Assembly: GCA_963728625.1 (NCBI GenBank)
Contig: CAVSKU010000005.1
Location: 576,797 to 640,796, forward strand
Length of the DNA: 64,000 nucleotides
Source: Pyrinomonadaceae bacterium
GTDB lineage: Bacteria > Acidobacteriota > Blastocatellia > Pyrinomonadales > Pyrinomonadaceae
Direction of reading: 5' to 3'
In this document: piece after piece, positions 48,664 through 57,212 of the stretch
Layout: each line of letters begins with the position of its first letter
Position numbering within the stretch: position 1 is the first letter of the stretch
The notes under the pieces: model-generated
What the model saw: only the letters and a program-made list of their open reading frames with translations
Database searches by the model: none
Told to the model about the DNA's origin: nothing
Program-made: the position numbers and the translations under genes

Positions 48664-48726
48664 GTAGCCCGACCGTCAGGGAGGGCTCCGTAAGTTACAA
48701 CGGAGCCTTCTCGACGGTCGGGCTAC
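48664..48726. repeat. long hairpin built from two inverted CCCGACCGTCAGGGAGGGCTCCG modules
   Basis: A 14-bp lower stem (48664-77/48713-26) and an 8-bp upper stem (48684-91/48700-07) are separated by an internal loop. It lies between convergent genes. Confidence 0.8.
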
Positions 48727-48731
48727 CGTCT

Positions 48732-48953
48732 CTATCTACTGTTTCTTCTAACTCGTGCTGCCGAAAACGCAATAGCCGCTCCAACAATTAACAGCACAAG
48801 GCCGCCTACGATGCGAAAGTAGTCGGGCACTTCGCGTATGTCGGTGTTTGTAATCACCACCGCAGCAGCGGGCTCCAGGAAATACGCCCGGTAAGCAATC
48901 ACCCCGCCCACCGCAGCGATCACAATTCCAAAAATTACAGCTACAACTTTCAT
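48732..48953 (-). CDS. small two-TM membrane protein
   Basis: 73 aa with two clear hydrophobic helices. The RBS is weak. Confidence 0.5.
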   Translation of the reverse strand: MKVVAVIFGIVIAAVGGVIAYRAYFLEPAAAVVITNTDIREVPDYFRIVGGLVLLIVGAAIAFSAARVRRNSR

Positions 48954-48960
48954 CTCAGTA

Positions 48961-49019
48961 GGACAGACATTCTTGTCTGTCCATTTTTTTCTAACGGGGA
49001 CAGGCAGGAACGCTTGTCC
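48961..49019. repeat. pair of GGACAGRCA hairpins (first followed by T7 on + strand)
   Basis: GGACAGACA-ttct-TGTCTGTCC is followed by ATTTTTTT (48961-90), then GGACAGGCA-ggaac-GCTTGTCC (48998-49019). The flanking GTA...TAC bases extend the pairing. Confidence 0.75.
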
Positions 49020-49021
49020 TA

Positions 49022-49819
49022 CTAACGCCCCTTAAATTCCGGCTTCCGCTTCTCTAAAAATGCACTGACGCCTTCGTCCTTATCTTCCGTTGAGAAGCAG
49101 AGCGCAAACAGGTCTACTTCCCGACGTAGTCCTTCGTCAAGAGTCGAGCGAGAAGCGAGCTTGACCGCCTCCTTTGCGAGGCTCAGTGCAATTGGACTCT
49201 TGTCGGCCATGCGATTGGCAATCTCGAGCGTTTTGGCCTCTAGCTGCTCTGCCGGAAACACGTGATTCACCAGTCCAATGGCCAACGCTGCCTTGGCGTC
49301 GATGATTTCGCCCGTCAGGATCATCTCCATCGCCTTGCCTTCGCCAACCAGGCGCGTCAAACGTTGCGTGCCGCCACCGCCCGGAATAATACCCAGATTA
49401 ATTTCCGGTTGACCGAACGAAGCCGATTCACCCGCGATGCGCAGGTCGCACGCGAGGGCCAACTCGCAACCGCCGCCCAGGCAATACCCGTTAATCATGG
49501 CAATGATCGGTTTGGGGAAAGTGTCGATGGCATTGAACAGCGACCTCGCAGTCATTACATCTCGCTGCATCATGGCTGTGCGCCCGGCAAACTCGGCGAT
49601 GTCAGCGCCTGCGATAAAAGCTTTGTCGCCGGCGCCGGTGATTATCACCACGCCGACAGAGCTATCATTGCGCAGCTCCTCCAATAAGGCCGCGCCTTCC
49701 TCGCGTGTTTTTATATTCAGCGCATTTCTCTTGTCAGGCCGATTGATGGTGATGATGCCCACCCGTCCGCGGCGTTCAAAGAGAAGGGTCTCGTATTTCT
49801 GGGACATTGCTTGCGACAT
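49022..49819 (-). CDS. enoyl-CoA hydratase/isomerase (crotonase) family
   Basis: 265 aa with the crotonase motifs ITGAGDKAFIAGADI and INGYCLGGGCELALACD. Confidence 0.9.
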   Translation of the reverse strand: MSQAMSQKYETLLFERRGRVGIITINRPDKRNALNIKTREEGAALLEELRNDSSVGVVIITGAGDKAFIAGADIAEFAGRTAMMQRDVMTARSLFNAIDTFPKPIIAMINGYCLGGGCELALACDLRIAGESASFGQPEINLGIIPGGGGTQRLTRLVGEGKAMEMILTGEIIDAKAALAIGLVNHVFPAEQLEAKTLEIANRMADKSPIALSLAKEAVKLASRSTLDEGLRREVDLFALCFSTEDKDEGVSAFLEKRKPEFKGR

Positions 49820-49928
49820 TTAACGACCTCGGCTGTTTTGGATTTATGGTCATAGATTACACCTTTCGCCTCCCAGTTTGAAGACTCCTCATGACGGCCA
49901 CAGTTGAGTGCTCGGCTCGGCGACAAAA

Positions 49929-49993
49929 CGATCCACGAAATCACACGAACGAACACGAAGTTTGTTCGTGACATTTCGTGTATTTAGTGGATG
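49929..49993. repeat. TTCGTG/CACGAA word hairpin
   Basis: cgatccacgaaatcacacgaacgaacacgaa-gtttg-ttcgtgacatttcgtgtatttagtggatg. Confidence 0.8.
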
Positions 49994-50037
49994 CCGCTCT
50001 TGGTCCTTCCTCGCCGTTTTCCAAAGAAAAATGAGAA

Positions 50038-52080
50038 ATGCTCTATGGAAAATCGTTCTATCTGCTGCCTGACCCGGGAGGTTTGTTATGCTTATCTCAG
50101 GCCGTGAAAAACGAACCTCAATTACTGAGCCAACTCCTCGACGCAAGTGTGGAAGGCATACTTGCTTTCGATCGCGACTGCCGTTACACCGCCTGGAATC
50201 GCGCCATGGAACGAATTTCGGGCCTGAAACGTGACGACGTCCTGGGAAAACGCGCTTTCGATGTCTTCCCGTTTCTTGAAGAAACCGGCGAGGACAAATA
50301 CTTCCACGCCGCTTTGTCAGGGGAGCTCACCACCTCCGAAAACCGGCCCTACACAGTACCTGAAACCGGCAGGCAAGGTTTCTTCGAAGCGTGCTATTCA
50401 CCGCTGTTTGATGAGCACAACGAGATAGTCGGCGGTGTCGGCATCGTGCACGACATCACCGAACAGAAGCTTGCGGAGGAGTCGGCTGCTGAAGCTCACC
50501 GGCGCCTGACGTCCCATGTTGAGAATTCTCCGCTTGCGGTGATCGAGTGGGACAGCGACTTTCGCGTTTCTCGTTGGTCGGAATCGGCGGCACGCCTGTT
50601 TGGCTGGACTGCCGACGAAGTGATGGGCAAACACGTAAGTGATTGGCACTTCGTGTTCGACGAAGATGCAGATGCAGTTGCACAGGTGACGCATAGACAA
50701 CGTGTGGGCGCCGAATCGCTCGGAGTTTTGCAAAACCGGAATTACACCAAAGCAGGCGATGTGCTTTTTTGCGAATGGTATAACTCCGTCCTGCGCGACG
50801 ATCGAGGCGAGTTGGTTTCGGTGCTCTCCCTGGTCCTTGATGTCACTGCACGCAAACATGCTGAAGAGGAACGCATTGCCCTCCTGGGCCGTGAGCGAGA
50901 AGCGCGACAACACGCTGAAGAAGCTGACCGCTTAAAGGACGAGTTTCTCGCCACGCTTTCGCATGAGTTGCGCACGCCCCTCACTTCCATTTTGGGTTGG
51001 GCCACATTACTCAGCAGCGGTGAAGTGGAACAGGAAAACTTCAAACGCGCCATAGAGACTATCGAGCGGAACGCGCGTTCTCAGGCGCGTCTAATCGATG
51101 ACCTACTCGACGTTTCGCGAATCATCACCGGCAATCTGCACCTGGAAGTGCACCCTCTCAATCTGGCGCCCGTAGTGGTAGCCGCAAAAGATGCGCTTCG
51201 CCCTGCAGCGGATGCGAAGGCGATAAAAGTAAATACGACGCTCGATTACGAGAACTGCCTCGTGACTGGCGACCCAAACCGGTTGCGTCAGGTGGTTTGG
51301 AACCTTCTCATTAATGCGATCAAGTTCACCCCACGCGGCGGCAGCGTTAGGGTATATCTCCAATGTAACGATCCTGCGGTGCGTTTGACGGTCACTGACA
51401 CGGGAGAGGGTATCTCTGCTGAGTTTCTTCCTTTTGTGTTTCACCGCTTCCGTCAGGAAGAGGGTTCAATTTCACGCAAACAGGGTGGGCTGGGTTTAGG
51501 GCTTGCAGTGGTGCGACATTTGGTTGAGCTGCACGGCGGGACGGTCAGCGCCGAAAGCGGCGGCCCAGGGCAGGGATCAACCTTCGTGGTTGATCTACCG
51601 CTCGCTCCAGAGCGCCGGAAAGAAAAACGAGAAGGAGTTGATCAGGAGGATTTAGCAGAACCGCTGGAGCGAAGGAGCGCGGGTGTCAGCGTAAGTCTTG
51701 ATGGCTTGCGCGTGATGCTCGTTGAAGACGACGACGACTCGAGAAGTCTGCTCAGCCTGATGTTGCGGCGCAACGGGGCCGAGGTTACCTCGGCTTCAAC
51801 TTCCAGCGAGGCATTGAGCGCTTTGGATTATAGCCGGCCCGATGTGGTCATCAGTGATATCGGCATGCCGGACGAGGACGGCTACGCGTTACTGCGCCGG
51901 CTGCGCGCACTTCCAGTAGAGCGCGGCGGCCAAACACCTGCGATTGCGTTGACCGGGTACGCAACCAACAAAGATCGGGAACGAGCGCTGGAAGCAGGCT
52001 ATCAATTGCATCTTGCCAAGCCGGTGGAACCCGATGAGCTGGTGGCAGCCATTGTGAGCGTGGTCGGCAGTAAGCGGTGA
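50038..52080 (+). CDS. hybrid sensor histidine kinase (2 PAS + HisKA + HATPase_c + receiver)
   Basis: 680 aa with the H-box SHELRTPLTSILGW, N/G boxes, and a C-terminal receiver (MLVEDDDDS...VISDIGMPDEDG...LAKP). The exact start is uncertain. Confidence 0.9.
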   Translation: MLYGKSFYLLPDPGGLLCLSQAVKNEPQLLSQLLDASVEGILAFDRDCRYTAWNRAMERISGLKRDDVLGKRAFDVFPFLEETGEDKYFHAALSGELTTSENRPYTVPETGRQGFFEACYSPLFDEHNEIVGGVGIVHDITEQKLAEESAAEAHRRLTSHVENSPLAVIEWDSDFRVSRWSESAARLFGWTADEVMGKHVSDWHFVFDEDADAVAQVTHRQRVGAESLGVLQNRNYTKAGDVLFCEWYNSVLRDDRGELVSVLSLVLDVTARKHAEEERIALLGREREARQHAEEADRLKDEFLATLSHELRTPLTSILGWATLLSSGEVEQENFKRAIETIERNARSQARLIDDLLDVSRIITGNLHLEVHPLNLAPVVVAAKDALRPAADAKAIKVNTTLDYENCLVTGDPNRLRQVVWNLLINAIKFTPRGGSVRVYLQCNDPAVRLTVTDTGEGISAEFLPFVFHRFRQEEGSISRKQGGLGLGLAVVRHLVELHGGTVSAESGGPGQGSTFVVDLPLAPERRKEKREGVDQEDLAEPLERRSAGVSVSLDGLRVMLVEDDDDSRSLLSLMLRRNGAEVTSASTSSEALSALDYSRPDVVISDIGMPDEDGYALLRRLRALPVERGGQTPAIALTGYATNKDRERALEAGYQLHLAKPVEPDELVAAIVSVVGSKR

Positions 52081-52095
52081 TCAGGGGGAGGAAAG

Positions 52096-52415
52096 AATCA
52101 TTTTCCATTTCTCATTTGTCGTAATTTGACATTAATCATTTGTCATTGAAGGCGACGACTCCTGGGACCGACGCTCCTGGCAGCGACAACTCTTTGGAGT
52201 GCGGCGGCTTGACGCCGCTTTGGTCCTTCTACCTCCAATTACTCGAGTATGAATATGCTGAAAGCGATCTGTTGGCGAAGCTGTGTGCCGCAGTAGCTCA
52301 GGCCAAAGCGCCGACAGGTCGGCGCACTCCAAAGAGTTGTCGCTTCCAGGAGTTGTCGCCCGCACGCTCGGCCTTTCTAAGTGACAAATGAGAAATGACA
52401 AATGGAAAACAATTC
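52096..52415. repeat. three-layer nested palindrome (TGACAAATG words / 21-bp IR / local GC hairpins)
   Basis: The outer arms are cattttccatttctcatttgtc (52100-20) and gacaaatgagaaatgacaaatggaaaac (52383-410). The inner inverted repeat is GCGACAACTCTTTGGAGTGCG (52183-203) / GCGCACTCCAAAGAGTTGTCGC (52322-43). Each inner arm sits next to its own hairpin. Confidence 0.85.
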
Positions 52416-52506
52416 TTCCTCCTATGCTGGAATTTTCCCTCAGCCTTGGAACTTTCCCCCAAGAGTGGTGTCTACTCTCAAAACCATTTCGTCGAGGAGC
52501 CACCAC

Positions 52507-52944
52507 ATGCGAAAACTTTTTCTCGCGATCGCGCTGCTTTGCGCGGCCGCTACTCCACTAATCGCCCAAACTCCAGCCAAAGCTTCTAATAGCGAAACCA
52601 CCGAGCAAGCCCTTTTAAAACTAACGCGCGACTGGCTCGCTGCCGAGGAAAAGAATGACCGCGCCACGCTGCTGCGAATCATCGCCGATGACTTCCAGGG
52701 TATGGGCCCCATGGGAAACATTGTCATCAAGGATGAAGTTATTCCTGAGGAGGGCAGTCGAGGCGGACTATCAGTAACGCCTAGCAATCTTAAAGCGCGA
52801 ATTTTTGGCGACGTGGGCGTTGTAAGTGGCGGCGGTGTGTCGAAGTCGGGAGAAAAAGGTGAGATGAGATTCACTGTCATCTACGCCAAGCGCGGCGATC
52901 TATGGCAGATGGTTGCCGGACACCTCTCCGCCGTACCCCGTTGA
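52507..52944 (+). CDS. DUF4440/SnoaL-like (NTF2 fold) secreted protein
   Basis: The ATG at 52507 follows a GAGGAG RBS and gives the signal peptide MRKLFLAIALLCAAATPLIAQ. The upstream Met (52402) lies inside the repeat. Confidence 0.75.
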   Translation: MRKLFLAIALLCAAATPLIAQTPAKASNSETTEQALLKLTRDWLAAEEKNDRATLLRIIADDFQGMGPMGNIVIKDEVIPEEGSRGGLSVTPSNLKARIFGDVGVVSGGGVSKSGEKGEMRFTVIYAKRGDLWQMVAGHLSAVPR

Positions 52945-52962
52945 GTGCATGGGGGCAAGTAT

Positions 52963-53150
52963 GTGCGCCCGCGAAGCGGGCGTAAGCATAAAGCCTGGGG
53001 CGTAAGCCCCAGGACAATAGAGTCAATAGAGATTGAGCCCGTGAAACGGGCGAAAGCGACAGTCCGTCGCCCGTTTCACGGGCTCTCATTAATTAAAACG
53101 ACCTTGTCCTGGGCCAGGCTTTAGGCTTACACCCGCTTCGCGGGCGCTAC
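52963..53150. repeat. nested-palindrome GC-hairpin composite element
   Basis: The outer arms are GTGCGCCCGCGAAGCGGGCGTAAGCATAAAGCCTGG... and ...CCAGGCTTTAGGCTTACACCCGCTTCGCGGGCGCTAC. The central 19-bp perfect inverted repeat is GAGCCCGTGAAACGGGCGA (53035-53) / TCGCCCGTTTCACGGGCTC (53067-85). Confidence 0.85.
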
Positions 53151-53346
53151 ACACGCGGACTCTAAGGAGTTGACGATCACGCAAGATGATCTTTCTCCTC
53201 CCCAGGCTTATATCTCATCGCAGGCTTCTCATCGCGGGCTCAGGCTCTTTAAATGACAAATTAGAAATGACAAATGACCAATGGAAAATGATTCTTTTTT
53301 TCCACCCCTCCCAAAACCTTTCCCCTCCACCCATCGTAATACTTTC

Positions 53347-54795
53347 ATGATTACCCTACTGCTCCTCGTCATTTTTAGTTTTCCGAATTCAACTCCCGCA
53401 TTTCAGCAATCCACTCAGGCGCCGCAGCAAGTCGCGGCACAAAAGCCAATCGCCGGCGTTTGGTTGGGCACGCTTGAAGTCAGCGGCTTCAAGCTCAGGC
53501 TAGCAGTCAAGGTCGCGCAGACCGCTGACGGAAAACTCAGCGCCACCTTCGATAGCATCGATCAGGCTGCTCTTAATTTACCTATCGAAACGATCACTTA
53601 TGCGGGCGGCGTCATGAGTTTCCAGGCCCCCAAGTTCAGTATCAGTTACGAAGGAAAGATGAATGAGGCGGGAACCGAGATCGTTGGCGACTTCAAGCAG
53701 GGTCCCGTTGCCTACCCGTTAACACTTAAACGCACGGATGCAACGCCCGCACTTGGCCGTCCACAGGATCCGAAGAAGCCATACCCCTACATTGAAGAAG
53801 AAGTCAGTTATGTTAACCCGTCCGATAAGGTGAAACTGACCGGCTCGCTGACTCTTCCTGCTGCAAAAGAAAAAGTTCCCGCTGTGGTCCTGATTACCGG
53901 GTCAGGGGCGCAGGATCGAAATGAAACGGTAATGGGCCACCGGCCGTTCCTGGTGCTGTCCGATCATCTGACGCGCCAGGGTATTGCCGTCTTGCGCGTC
54001 GACGATCGTGGCACCGGCGGCTCGGGAGCCGGCTCTGCAAAAGACACGAGCGAGACTTTCGCTGACGACACGCTAGCCGGCGTCGCCTACCTGAAGACAC
54101 GAAAGGAAATAGATCCGCAAAGGATAGGTTTAGCCGGTCACAGTGAAGGCGGCATGATCGCACCGATAGCCGCAGTTAAGTCGAAGGACGTTGCGTTTAT
54201 TGTGATGATGGCCGGCATTGGTCAGACGGGCAGGGATGCGATCCTGATGCAAGGCGACCTGCTGACAAAAGCCGGCGGCAGTGCCCCGGAAACGACTGCA
54301 CAAATACGGAAAATTTACGAACAAATTTTTGCGGTTCTCAAAGCCGAGCCCGACAACGCAATCGCTGAGAAAAAGATCCGCGAAGTAGTGAGTAAAGAAA
54401 CGGCGGTGATGACCGACGCTCAGAAGACTGCCTTTGCCCCGGTTGCGAAACAGATTGAAGTGCAGATGGGCTTATATGTCTCGCCCTGGTTTCGTTACTT
54501 CCTCGAGTTTGATCCAGCGAAGGTGCTTGAAAAGGTCACAGTTCCAGTTTTGGCAATCGTTGGTGATAAGGACTTGCAGGTGCCCCCGAAAGAAAATCTG
54601 GAGCTGATTGAAGCAGCTCTGAAGAGAGGCGGCAATAAGAACTACACCGTGTTACTAATGCCTGGTCTAAACCACCTGTTCCAAACCGCGAAGACTGGCT
54701 TGCCGACGGAATATGGCATGATTGAAGAGACTATCTCGCCGGCAGCGCTCAAAACAATCAGCGACTGGATACTTTTGACGGTTAAGAGGCGCTAA
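53347..54795 (+). CDS. secreted alpha/beta-hydrolase (serine hydrolase, GHSEGG elbow)
   Basis: The start at Met23 gives MITLLLLVIFSF. The hydrolase core has LITGSGAQDRNE and GHSEGG. The alternative start at 53281 lies within the TGACAAATGG repeat. Confidence 0.8.
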   Translation: MITLLLLVIFSFPNSTPAFQQSTQAPQQVAAQKPIAGVWLGTLEVSGFKLRLAVKVAQTADGKLSATFDSIDQAALNLPIETITYAGGVMSFQAPKFSISYEGKMNEAGTEIVGDFKQGPVAYPLTLKRTDATPALGRPQDPKKPYPYIEEEVSYVNPSDKVKLTGSLTLPAAKEKVPAVVLITGSGAQDRNETVMGHRPFLVLSDHLTRQGIAVLRVDDRGTGGSGAGSAKDTSETFADDTLAGVAYLKTRKEIDPQRIGLAGHSEGGMIAPIAAVKSKDVAFIVMMAGIGQTGRDAILMQGDLLTKAGGSAPETTAQIRKIYEQIFAVLKAEPDNAIAEKKIREVVSKETAVMTDAQKTAFAPVAKQIEVQMGLYVSPWFRYFLEFDPAKVLEKVTVPVLAIVGDKDLQVPPKENLELIEAALKRGGNKNYTVLLMPGLNHLFQTAKTGLPTEYGMIEETISPAALKTISDWILLTVKRR

Positions 54796-54896
54796 CTCCA
54801 GAATCATAAGATTTTCCTTTTCTCATTTCTCATAGTTGATTCAAGTTTGAAGTGCAACATCTGCGGACTAACGGTTACTCAACCTGAATCTAGCCG

Positions 54897-55072
54897 GTGG
54901 GTCGACAAATGCAGAACCGGGAGCGGTAGCGACCGGAATTCAATTGGCATGTCATACAAGTCCCGATCCCTGGTGGCGCTGCGTAACCTGAGGTAGTGAA
55001 TTCTCCAATGAGCCTTCTTGCCTGCTTGAATGCCGGTCGCTACCGCTCCCGGTTCTGCATTTGTCGACCCAC
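54897..55072. mobile_element. MITE-like element with perfect 40-bp terminal inverted repeats
   Basis: GTGGGTCGACAAATGCAGAACCGGGAGCGGTAGCGACCGG (54897-936) is the exact reverse complement of 55033-55072. The internal 96 nt is unrelated to the other copies. Confidence 0.8.
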
Positions 55073-55383
55073 TGAAAAGGGGGGTCACCCCGTCGTGTAA
55101 CCTTCCGCAGTCGGTTGCTACGCGTCACTTCTTACTGTGTGCACTTCCAATTGAATTCGCGAATGACAAATGGAAAATCTGATTTAAGACCACCATCATT
55201 ACAGACTCCTTACCGGTACTACTCAACCTACGCCCGTTCTTAGAACACTCTCCGTCCCGCTTTACTACGCTTAATCGCTTTACGCTTCACGATCTACCAT
55301 TTACTTCTCCCGGCCTCGCGATTGCTTATGCCCTAACGCACACTTAAGTTCTCTGCAATCGAACCCAAGGAGGCGAGACACCA

Positions 55384-55584
55384 ATGAGGGAAAACGACTT
55401 AGAAAAAGAGAAGGAACAACGCGAAGAAGGTTGGCGACCTACGGATGAAACTTCGGCCGAGACGGCTTTGAAAACCGAAGAACGATCTCTCGACGTAGGC
55501 GAGTCAGGCCAGCATGCGCCTGGCGGCTACTTCAATCAACAAGGTGTGAACGCACCAGATCGCTCAACTCTCGACGAAGAATAA
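55384..55584 (+). CDS. small acidic hypothetical protein
   Basis: 66 aa with an AAGGAGG RBS at a suitable distance. The composition is highly charged with no recognisable motif. Confidence 0.45.
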   Translation: MRENDLEKEKEQREEGWRPTDETSAETALKTEERSLDVGESGQHAPGGYFNQQGVNAPDRSTLDEE

Positions 55585-55630
55585 ACCTGGACGAAGAATA
55601 AACTTTGTCAGCAAGAATTTGTGGAAAGCA

Positions 55631-55762
55631 GTCCACGCTTCGTGTTATTTCGTGTAAGGATCGTCTTTGAGCTCGAGGAACACGATCCACTAACTACACG
55701 AATCAAAACGTATCGTTGACTGCTTTCTGCCTGCCCACTGCCCACTGCCAACTGCCTACTGC
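55631..55762. repeat. TTCGTG-word hairpin followed by CTGCCCA word run
   Basis: gtccacgcttcgtgttatttcgtg...cacgatccactaactacacgaa is followed by ctgcctgcccactgcccactgccaactgcctactgc (55727-62). Confidence 0.75.
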
Positions 55763-56223
55763 TTGTCATAGACCGCAACGTTTCTAATCCTTTTACCATT
55801 GGCGTCGGTGCCAGTGGTGGTGATGGTGCGGCTTTTTCCATTTGGTGCGACGACTATGCGGCCAGTGACAGTGACCTTCCCGCTCTTCCTTGCGGTGAGA
55901 GTCATTATGCGGGCATTAACTCTCCGATAGGACCGCTCGTCTGCAGCGGGGTCGCCGGTAACGGGGTAGTACTTTCCGTCAAATTTCCCCGTCCACTCGT
56001 GATGTATGGCATTACCCTGGGCATCGGTGCCATCCACAATGACTTTGATATCAGAACCGGCAGCTTCATAGACAACTGTGTGGTTCTTAGTGGCCCCGGC
56101 GGCGAACTTTGATTTCGCTTCATTTAACTTCCATGTGCCCATGTGATGGTTGCTGGCGTATGCGGCCGCTGTTGCGGCCAGGCAGCATAGGGCCAGCGCC
56201 AAGACAATCGTTCTTGTTTTCAT
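55756..56223 (-). CDS. secreted lipocalin-like hypothetical protein
   Basis: The ATG at 56223 follows an AGGAGG RBS and gives a signal peptide. GTWKLNEAKSKF has the look of a lipocalin-like domain (tentative). Confidence 0.6.
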   Translation of the reverse strand: MKTRTIVLALALCCLAATAAAYASNHHMGTWKLNEAKSKFAAGATKNHTVVYEAAGSDIKVIVDGTDAQGNAIHHEWTGKFDGKYYPVTGDPAADERSYRRVNARIMTLTARKSGKVTVTGRIVVAPNGKSRTITTTGTDANGKRIRNVAVYDKQ

Positions 56224-56484
56224 ATGTCCTCCTAATGAAAAAGCTGGGGGGGGGTGATTGATCGCGCGGCATTCTATTTCCGCGTGGCCCATTCTGCAAC
56301 CTTACACGGCAGACAGTAGTGTCCTAAGGTGGATTTCTCTGTGCAACCTTCGTGCTCACAAAGATTGCTCAGAGTAAGATTGAATTTAGGACACTATCCG
56401 GCAGACCTGTTGCCGCCCGTGCGCGGGTTTCCACTTGCCGTGCCGCCATGGCCGTTGACTGTCAAAATGTTCTTAACCAACGGC

Positions 56485-56540
56485 CTGCTGCCGCCTGCCT
56501 CCTGCCTCCTGCCTCCTGCTTACTGCCTCCTTGCCCTTCC
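56485..56540 (+). repeat. CTGCCTCC word run (CT-rich, contains CCUCC repeats)
   Basis: ctgctgccgcctgcctcctgcctcctgcctcctgcttactgcctccttgcccttcc, upstream of the gene at 56615. Confidence 0.85.
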
Positions 56541-56614
56541 ACGTCATTGGTCTAAAATGACCTATCCTTCCCTGACGTTATTTCTCGGCCGAGGCAAAAG
56601 GAAGCCAAGTCGTC

Positions 56615-57157
56615 ATGAAAGCCTTAAACAAATTCGCCCTGCTGTTCGCGTTGTTCTGCGTCAATTCAGCCTATGGCCAAAATCCTGCGAGCGCGCCACC
56701 TCCACCGGAGCCACCACCAATGGAGCTCGACTTCAACACTCTGCGTGATCAGCTCAACAGCTACGACAAGCGTCGCGTTGGAAATAGAGAGGTCGTCGAG
56801 CTCTCACTGCAACCAAATCTTGATCGAGTTGGATTCGCTGAGATGCTGAAGAAGCGGGCAAACGCCAATGAAGTCGTCTTATTCTCCGCGGTCGAACTTG
56901 CTGAGCGCTTACGACCGCAATTGAGTGAGGCTCAAACACGCGCGCGCGTCACTCTCACGCTTATCGAGGTTAAGCAAAGAACCGAAGTGTCACTGGCGGC
57001 TTTTGTCACCAAGGTAGAAGGCTTAAAGAGCGACGGCTCGATCGCGTGGACAGAAACTGGCACGCCACCAGCGGAAGTCAAATTCAACTTAGCTTCGCCT
57101 TTGCATCCTTCGCGGGCGATGGCTATCAGACTAGTCGCAACAAAAGTAGATCAATGA
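56615..57157 (+). CDS. secreted hypothetical protein
   Basis: 180 aa with the signal peptide MKALNKFALLFALFCVNSAYGQ. I recognise no motif. Confidence 0.55.
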   Translation: MKALNKFALLFALFCVNSAYGQNPASAPPPPEPPPMELDFNTLRDQLNSYDKRRVGNREVVELSLQPNLDRVGFAEMLKKRANANEVVLFSAVELAERLRPQLSEAQTRARVTLTLIEVKQRTEVSLAAFVTKVEGLKSDGSIAWTETGTPPAEVKFNLASPLHPSRAMAIRLVATKVDQ

Positions 57158-57212
57158 TCATTCGCGAAAACTGATAATCACTATTCATAAGCACATGCCC
57201 TCGACTTACTAA

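Noticed and set aside
55573-55603. Tandem duplication GACGAAGAATAAAC(ctg)GACGAAGAATAAAC spanning the stop codon of the small acidic ORF
   Set aside because: It is real in the sequence but short. Read-through of the first stop gives no sensible extension, so it is most simply a slippage duplication without evident function.
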